64,000 nucleotides of DNA from Candidatus Altiarchaeales archaeon (GTDB lineage: Archaea > Altiarchaeota > Altiarchaeia > IMC4 > SCGC-AAA252-I15), in contig WJMO01000005.1 in NCBI GenBank assembly GCA_014727915.1, positions 288,001 through 352,000 on the forward strand, given 5' to 3'. The position numbers were made by a program, and so were the translations under genes. The notes below the pieces were generated by a model. That model searched no databases, was not told where the DNA came from, and saw nothing but the letters and a program-made list of their open reading frames with translations. This document shows, piece after piece, positions 58,417-64,000 of the stretch; positions within the stretch are counted from its first letter, which is position 1; the number at the start of each line of letters is the position of its first letter.

Positions 58417-59748
58417 ATGGCTAAAAAGCATGCTAATCTAAATGTAGGGGCTGGAGGCGGTGAGGAGGGCGTTCCGGTAGCGAGGCTGGAGCAGCCTGCA
58501 GGCCTCAAACTCTCCGAGGAGGATATGATGGGGCGTTATCTCATCTTTTCCGACGAGCCTCGGGAATTGGCGGCGATCGCATCGGGAGATAAGCCTAATC
58601 CCGCGGATAACATCGCGGGTTTCCTGCGTGCCGGCCAGAGGTTCGGGTTCTGTGTCTCCCCCTTCATGGGATATACGCGCGTGGAGCCGGCTTCGCATCC
58701 TGTCGTCTCATCCGCGTGCAGTATGAGGGCTACACTCCCTTCCGAGAACATTTACTCTCTCGGGTCTGTGGGGCCCGACCCCGAAGACCCTTCCAAGACC
58801 CTGGTCTACATAAGCAGGCCTGCGTGGATCCCAGAATACGGCCCTGATGTCGTGGAGGACCGTACCGTGGCCGCTCTTCACGCCTTGGGCGTAGCAAAGG
58901 ATGCTGTCGTCGACTCCCCCCGGAGGAGGATGCTTGATCTTCTGGACGAGGAGGGATGCTTCTCCTGGGTTGTCGACCATAACAATAAGCTTGCGTATGT
59001 GGCTGACATGGAGACTGGCCATCCCGAGATAGTCATGGAACACACGAAGGACGGAAAGCGTTTGGCTGACAACTTCAGGAGGCAGAGGGCGCCGATCGAG
59101 GAGAGGACGGGCAAGTATACCGAGCGGTTCAGCTGGGGTAGCGTCGAGTCCCTGGAGGACGAGGTAAGCGGCGTTGAAGTTGCTTCACTACACGTGCAGT
59201 TCCTAGGGAAGAGCACATATAGCAACCCCTATAAGAGGTGGACCGAGGTCGTGGATGTGCTAACCCGCTCTGGCATGCCTGAACAGGTCAGGCTGGTCCC
59301 TCCAGAACAGCTTAAGTCTCTGAAGGGGGTTTTACCCGGGACGGTGGAGAGGGGGAAGACCCCCAATGGCGTGGGCATCCCCTACTTTCCGCGGGCGGTC
59401 TCGGAAGAAGGCTACCGCTACAGCCAGTTTACCCTCCCGAGCGGCGAACATTATCTGAAGATAGGGGGGCCGCTTCTGCGGCATGACCGCGCGATAACCG
59501 CGATCGACCGTGCGGGAAGCTTCGAGGTCTACAACGACAGCAGCAGCCAGGAGGATGATGGTGTCAAGCGCGGTTCTTTCGTGAACGGCGACTATGACGG
59601 CATCCGTGATGGACCCTCCCATAAGACCAGCAATGGTCCCGTTGGAGGTGGGAGCATGATAGCGAGGGTGCCCGATAAGGACAACCCTGATCTGATTTTG
59701 GGTCGGATTGCCAGGGTTGTTGGCAGGGATTGGAGTAAGATGGACTGA
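58417..59748 (+). CDS. Hypothetical protein: duplicated conserved-His domain plus cupin-like C-terminus (tandem paralogue 1)
   Basis: Colinear similarity to 59750-61081; GDYDGIRDGPSHKTSN resembles cupin motif 2. Confidence 0.78.
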   Translation: MAKKHANLNVGAGGGEEGVPVARLEQPAGLKLSEEDMMGRYLIFSDEPRELAAIASGDKPNPADNIAGFLRAGQRFGFCVSPFMGYTRVEPASHPVVSSACSMRATLPSENIYSLGSVGPDPEDPSKTLVYISRPAWIPEYGPDVVEDRTVAALHALGVAKDAVVDSPRRRMLDLLDEEGCFSWVVDHNNKLAYVADMETGHPEIVMEHTKDGKRLADNFRRQRAPIEERTGKYTERFSWGSVESLEDEVSGVEVASLHVQFLGKSTYSNPYKRWTEVVDVLTRSGMPEQVRLVPPEQLKSLKGVLPGTVERGKTPNGVGIPYFPRAVSEEGYRYSQFTLPSGEHYLKIGGPLLRHDRAITAIDRAGSFEVYNDSSSQEDDGVKRGSFVNGDYDGIRDGPSHKTSNGPVGGGSMIARVPDKDNPDLILGRIARVVGRDWSKMD

Positions 59749-59749
59749 G

Positions 59750-61081
59750 ATGGGCAAGAAATCTGTTTCAAAGAGTGTGCAGGATAGTGGCGGTGGCGAT
59801 GTCCCGGTCTCGCGGTTGGAGCAGCCGTCTGGCTTGGCGGTTTCAGAGGATGGGCTCCGGATGAAGTACTGGCAGATGGAGGCTGACGAGAGGGTATTGG
59901 CTGATATCGCTTCCGGCAGGATTAACGATCCCTCTGAAGCAGTTCCCGGTCTTCTGGGTCGGGGGAGGATGATGGCGTTCAAGGTCTCTCCCCTCACGGG
60001 CCTGGCTTTGGTGGAGGAGGCGGACTTCCATGTTGTCAGCTCCAGCTTCGGCGGCTCCACCAGGCACGACGATGATAGGGTCTATTCTTTCGGTTGTGTG
60101 GTGCCGGGCGAGTCTGGCAAGCCCGTGATAGACATCTCACGCGCTGGTGTGGTTCCAGAGTATGGATGTGAGGTGTCGGAGCAGAGGACAGTGGATGCAT
60201 TGCATGCCATCGGCGTTCCAGGAGACTCTGGTGTCCGCTCTCCCAGGATTATGATGTCGAGGCTTTTCGAGGATGAGGGCGGCTTCTCCTTTGTCGTCGA
60301 CCATGATGAACGGCTTGTACTGGTTGATGACCTTGAAGCCGGCCATGCCGAGATCATAAGCGACAACGTGCGGGGCGGGGACGCGATCATCTCGGCTTTC
60401 AAGGGATTGGGCGGTGGCCCGCGTGATCGTGAATGCGAGTACACTCGGAGGTTCACCTGGGGTGTGGTCCAGCCGCTATTGGATGATGTAAGCGGCTTGA
60501 CGGTGAATGAGATGCAGTTCGAGCAGATTGCCAGTCATCCGCTGATGGACGGCCAGGCCGTGTACCTCCAGGCATGTTCCCTGCTTTCCGAGGCTGGAAT
60601 GCCTGATGCGATACGTTTGTCCTCCCCTGACAATTGCATTGTGCCCGAAGGCGTTCATGTGAGGAGCGTCCACCGCGGCAGGACACCCCAGGGGGTTGAG
60701 ATACCCTCTTGGACGGGAGTCCTTAGAGAGGGTAGCCACTGGTACACCGGGTTTCGGATACCTTCAGTCGCCGATAAGATAGGGTTGGGTCTGTTGCACC
60801 ATGCCAGGGCTGTGGAGCCCATTTCAGGCGCCGGCGAATTCGAGGTCTACAACGATGATGTGTCCGAGCCTGGCCAGCCAAAGATGGGCGGGTTTCGGAG
60901 GGGCGACTTCCATGGTGTATCGGACGGTGAGTACTGCAAGACGAGCGGGGCTTCCGACGGCGGGTTCATGTATGTGCGGGTCAGGTCAGGGGGGTCTGCT
61001 GGGGGCGTCCCGTCCGAGGTCACGCAGGTATTCAAGGCGATATCAGATGCGTTGAACAGGGATTACAGCAAAAAACCCTGA
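59750..61081 (+). CDS. Hypothetical protein: duplicated conserved-His domain plus cupin-like C-terminus (tandem paralogue 2)
   Basis: VPV.RLEQP.GL..SE, PEYG, RTV.ALHA.GV, TP.GV.IP and FEVYND shared with 58417; start ATG 59750. Confidence 0.78.
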   Translation: MGKKSVSKSVQDSGGGDVPVSRLEQPSGLAVSEDGLRMKYWQMEADERVLADIASGRINDPSEAVPGLLGRGRMMAFKVSPLTGLALVEEADFHVVSSSFGGSTRHDDDRVYSFGCVVPGESGKPVIDISRAGVVPEYGCEVSEQRTVDALHAIGVPGDSGVRSPRIMMSRLFEDEGGFSFVVDHDERLVLVDDLEAGHAEIISDNVRGGDAIISAFKGLGGGPRDRECEYTRRFTWGVVQPLLDDVSGLTVNEMQFEQIASHPLMDGQAVYLQACSLLSEAGMPDAIRLSSPDNCIVPEGVHVRSVHRGRTPQGVEIPSWTGVLREGSHWYTGFRIPSVADKIGLGLLHHARAVEPISGAGEFEVYNDDVSEPGQPKMGGFRRGDFHGVSDGEYCKTSGASDGGFMYVRVRSGGSAGGVPSEVTQVFKAISDALNRDYSKKP

Positions 61082-61085
61082 TGCC

Positions 61086-61283
61086 CTACTTGGCTAGCTT
61101 TATGTCTTCTGCCTTTACGGTGACTCTGCCCGCGTGCCTTGCCAGCTTCGCCGCCCGTTCCGCGACTTCGGTGGCGTATTCCTCTATCACGTCCCTCAAT
61201 GCCGCCGCTGCTTCGTCGCTCACTCGGTCTATGTTGGCCTTCCGGAGTATCCTGGCCATCGGGGCGATCGGTATCTCAGCCAT
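61086..61283 (-). CDS. Archaeal histone
   Basis: IPIAPM.RI, RVS..A, A.HAGR.TVK.EDI. Confidence 0.96.
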   Translation of the reverse strand: MAEIPIAPMARILRKANIDRVSDEAAAALRDVIEEYATEVAERAAKLARHAGRVTVKAEDIKLAK

Positions 61284-61330
61284 GTCATAATTATATTAAC
61301 CTATAATTAATTAAGAGAGGTGATCTTAGG

Positions 61331-62149
61331 TTGATCAGGCGTCCGGCTGTCGCGGGCCAGTTCTACAGCGGCAGCGTGTCGGGTTTGAAGGAGCAGGTGG
61401 AGTCCTGCTTAGACTTGAACGCCGAGAGATTCGACGCTTTGGGTGTGGTGTCCCCCCACGCGGGCTTGATGTACAGTGGCCCTGTGGCGGGGGCGGTATA
61501 CTCGCGGATCAACATGCCCGACACGTTCGTAATACTCGGGCCGAACCATCATGGTTTGGGAGCTGACTTCGGCATCATGACCGAGGGCATCTGGAACATG
61601 CCCTTTGGGGATGTGCGGGTGGATTCCATGCTTGCCAGGGAGATCTTCAAGAACTGCGGGAGCCTCGAGGAGGACCCGTTCGGCCAGGAGCGGGAGCACA
61701 GCCTGGAGGTCCAGGTCCCGTTCATGCAGTATTTCTCAGACAGCTTCCAGATAGTGCCCATAGCCTTGAGGCATTACAGCCCAGACGAGGGTTTCCTCGG
61801 GGTTTGTGAGGACATCGGCAACGCGATAGCTTCGGTGGTGTCAAAGGTCGATTCCAGGGTTGTGATTGTGGCGAGCACTGACTTCACCCACTATCAGCCC
61901 CAGGAGGTCGCGGAGGAGAACGACCATGCCGCCTTGGACGCGATACTCTCATTGGATGCCGGGGCGCTGTTCAAGGAGGTGTCTTCGAGAGGTATCAGCA
62001 TGTGCGGCTACGCTCCGGTGGCTGTGATGCTGACCGCATGCAAGGGATTGGGAGCCTCTAGGGCCGAGCTTGTCAAATACCTGACCTCAGGGGACACGAC
62101 GGGAGACTACTCTGCTGTCGTAGGATACGGGGGTGTCGTGGTACGGTAG
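61331..62149 (+). CDS. amrB: MEMO1 family protein (AmmeMemoRadiSam protein B)
   Basis: RRPAVAGQFY, PHAG..YSG, GPNH, EHSLEVQ.PF, ASTDFTHY, MCG, SGD..VVGY. Confidence 0.94.
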   Translation: MIRRPAVAGQFYSGSVSGLKEQVESCLDLNAERFDALGVVSPHAGLMYSGPVAGAVYSRINMPDTFVILGPNHHGLGADFGIMTEGIWNMPFGDVRVDSMLAREIFKNCGSLEEDPFGQEREHSLEVQVPFMQYFSDSFQIVPIALRHYSPDEGFLGVCEDIGNAIASVVSKVDSRVVIVASTDFTHYQPQEVAEENDHAALDAILSLDAGALFKEVSSRGISMCGYAPVAVMLTACKGLGASRAELVKYLTSGDTTGDYSAVVGYGGVVVR

Positions 62150-62467
62150 CTACTTGCGCCTTAATGGCAATCCGCTCGGCTCATCATCATCGTCTCCCTC
62201 CAGGCCTGGGAGGTCCTCGTCTATGGGCTTTTCAGCCTGTTGGTCTTTCCCTCCCAGCATGTTACCTGTGTCTTTCAGGTCGTGTATGCTGTCGTTTGCG
62301 ATTCCCTTGTTCTCGTCCACGATGTTTCCCAAGGAGCTGAAGGTGTCGTTTATGCTCATGAACACTATCATCAGGAGGATGAGTCCGGCGACGAGGAGCC
62401 AGAAGTTCCTACGGTCCACCTCGTCCATCTCATTCCACTTTTCCCTGAATTCATCTATCGGGCTCAT
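62150..62467 (-). CDS. Small single-TM hypothetical protein
   Basis: 105-aa ORF with one TM segment and an acidic tail. Confidence 0.6.
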   Translation of the reverse strand: MSPIDEFREKWNEMDEVDRRNFWLLVAGLILLMIVFMSINDTFSSLGNIVDENKGIANDSIHDLKDTGNMLGGKDQQAEKPIDEDLPGLEGDDDDEPSGLPLRRK

Positions 62468-62524
62468 ATCATGTAAATATTGTGTTTATCCCATTTATAT
62501 ACCTCTTTCTGCTATATTTAGTCT

Positions 62525-62614
62525 ATGCCCTGTGGTAGGAAGAGGAAGCTGCAGAAGATGCGGAAGCACAAGCTGAAGAAGCGCCGGAAGAAGACTAGGC
62601 ACACGAAAAAGTAG
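62525..62614 (+). CDS. 29-aa basic protein, bS22 / mS38 (AURKAIP1-COX24)-like small ribosomal protein
   Basis: MPCGRKRKLQKMRKHKLKKRRKKTRHTKK; TTTATATA box about 30 nt upstream; absent from the ORF track. Confidence 0.75.
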   Translation: MPCGRKRKLQKMRKHKLKKRRKKTRHTKK

Positions 62615-62621
62615 GTTTAGT

Positions 62622-64000
62622 CTACCTTTTTCTCAACTTTGACTTCAACACGCCAGCGACTATTATCAGAGACATCAGCAGCGCCGCATACATTATTATG
62701 TCATCCTGGCTTATCTCAAGCTCCTCCTTCACGGTCGTTGTGGTGGAAGTCTGGGTGGTGGTGGTCTTGCTGGCCAGCCCCTCCCTGCTGAGTTCAATGA
62801 GGGTTTTAGCGACGTTCATCCCCGGCTCATACCCAACCCTCTCGTATTCCTCATAAGCCCTTTCCGCGTATTCCAATGACGTCTCAAAGGACCCGTTTAT
62901 GTAGTGTGATTCTGCAGTCTCATAGTATCTCTGTCCGGCTTCCCTGTTTTTTATTGTCGCGATTATCTCGGCGGCTTTCCCGGTGTTCAGCTCAGCCAGC
63001 TCCCTGGACCTGTTCAGCCCCTTCTCATAGCCTATAAGCTTGTACATCTCGATGGACTGCTGGGCCGCCTCTATGCTCGCATTGTACCTGCCCGCCTCAT
63101 AGTGTTCGATCGCCTTCCTATAGTACTGTTCCGCCTCTATTATGTTCATGGACTTTGTTGCGAGGCTTCTGGCGTCTGACTCGTTGGGGGTCAACCCGAC
63201 CTCCTTGTATATCTCGGCTGCCATGTTGGCGTGTTCGATGGTCGTCTCGAAGTCTTCCAATTCGAAGTACTTCAACGCTTCGAGGTATTGCTTGTACGCT
63301 TCCCTGGCTTTGAAGATGTCCTCGTCTATCCTATATGATATTATCCCGTCGTTGGTGCCCACGAACAGCCTGACGAAACCCTCCTCTCTGACGGGCTTTA
63401 TGGAGAGTATCTTATCTCTGACCTGGTGTTCCCAGTTCACCTCTCCCCGTGGGTTGATGAATGCGAGGGTGCTTCCCGCCCCCACTAGAAGGTAGTTCTG
63501 GCTTGACCCGTATATTCCCATGGCGCTTATGGCCTCTATGTTGGGCCTGCCGTGGCTCCAGAGCCTGTTACCCGCCGAGTCGTAGACGTGGATTATGTCC
63601 TCTGAAAGGCCGATGTATTCGGGTTTTCCGTCCCCGTCCAGGTCGTAGGCTTCTGCCATGTCATACCTGCTTTCGGCAGGCTGTTCCCACATTGTCTCCC
63701 CGTTGTCGTCTAAGAGGTATAGGCCTTTGAAGCCTGCTATGATGTATTCCATCTTCTTGTCGCCGTCCGCGTTCACGGGCTTGGCATCCCACACAGACCC
63801 GTCCATGGTCAGCTCTTTCAAGACGTTACCCTCATGGTCGTATGCGCGTATCCTGTTGTCTACGGATGATGTTATGATGTCTGTCTTACCATCTCCGTTG
63901 GCGTCGGCGAAGCTTATGCTCGTTATCAAACCCGTGTCCTTGACCATCCAAACGTACCTGTTATACAGCCTGTCCAAGCCAACCTCGGGTATCCTCTGGT
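62622..64000 (-). CDS. 3' part of a surface protein: FG-GAP/beta-propeller repeats, TPR-like helices, Thr linker and C-terminal TM anchor
   Basis: DANGDGKTDI and DLDGDGKPE repeats; helical repeats; TM followed by KSKLRKR; frame extends beyond the window. Confidence 0.8.
   Translation of the reverse strand, partial: QRIPEVGLDRLYNRYVWMVKDTGLITSISFADANGDGKTDIITSSVDNRIRAYDHEGNVLKELTMDGSVWDAKPVNADGDKKMEYIIAGFKGLYLLDDNGETMWEQPAESRYDMAEAYDLDGDGKPEYIGLSEDIIHVYDSAGNRLWSHGRPNIEAISAMGIYGSSQNYLLVGAGSTLAFINPRGEVNWEHQVRDKILSIKPVREEGFVRLFVGTNDGIISYRIDEDIFKAREAYKQYLEALKYFELEDFETTIEHANMAAEIYKEVGLTPNESDARSLATKSMNIIEAEQYYRKAIEHYEAGRYNASIEAAQQSIEMYKLIGYEKGLNRSRELAELNTGKAAEIIATIKNREAGQRYYETAESHYINGSFETSLEYAERAYEEYERVGYEPGMNVAKTLIELSREGLASKTTTTQTSTTTTVKEELEISQDDIIMYAALLMSLIIVAGVLKSKLRKR

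Overview
Archaeal chromosomal window with no integrase, transposase or CRISPR. Markers include an archaeal histone, AdkA-DUF106-rpL34e-Cmk, archaeal LeuRS/ValRS/GlmU and a class III signal-peptide pilin. Gene content and the many Cys-rich lipoproteins suggest an Altiarchaeota/DPANN-type lineage (inference). Recognisable blocks: tRNA-Cys, GIDE+LemA, exported MsrAB, a complete lipoate/glycine-cleavage cluster (lpdA, lplA/B, lipA, gcvT/H/PA/PB), a group 3b [NiFe]-hydrogenase operon with hypC, panB, asd, leuS, tRNA-Ser, a type IV pilus ATPase, valS and glmU. Most notable is a 1175-aa gene inside the glycine-cleavage cluster, which by motif reading is an HPr + PTS Enzyme I fusion with an inserted GAF-like domain. 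Its downstream neighbour belongs to a three-member family in this window (a conserved-His domain plus a divergent cupin; two more copies follow glmU), suggesting an undescribed archaeal phosphohistidine signalling module. Other highlights: tRNA-Ser flanked by 77-bp hairpin repeats carrying its 5' end and by a duplicated 3' end with nested palindromes, an unannotated 29-aa bS22/mS38-like ribosomal protein, and a DUF106 insertase with a circularly permuted DUF11-like insert. All family assignments come from motif recognition by eye, not database searches.
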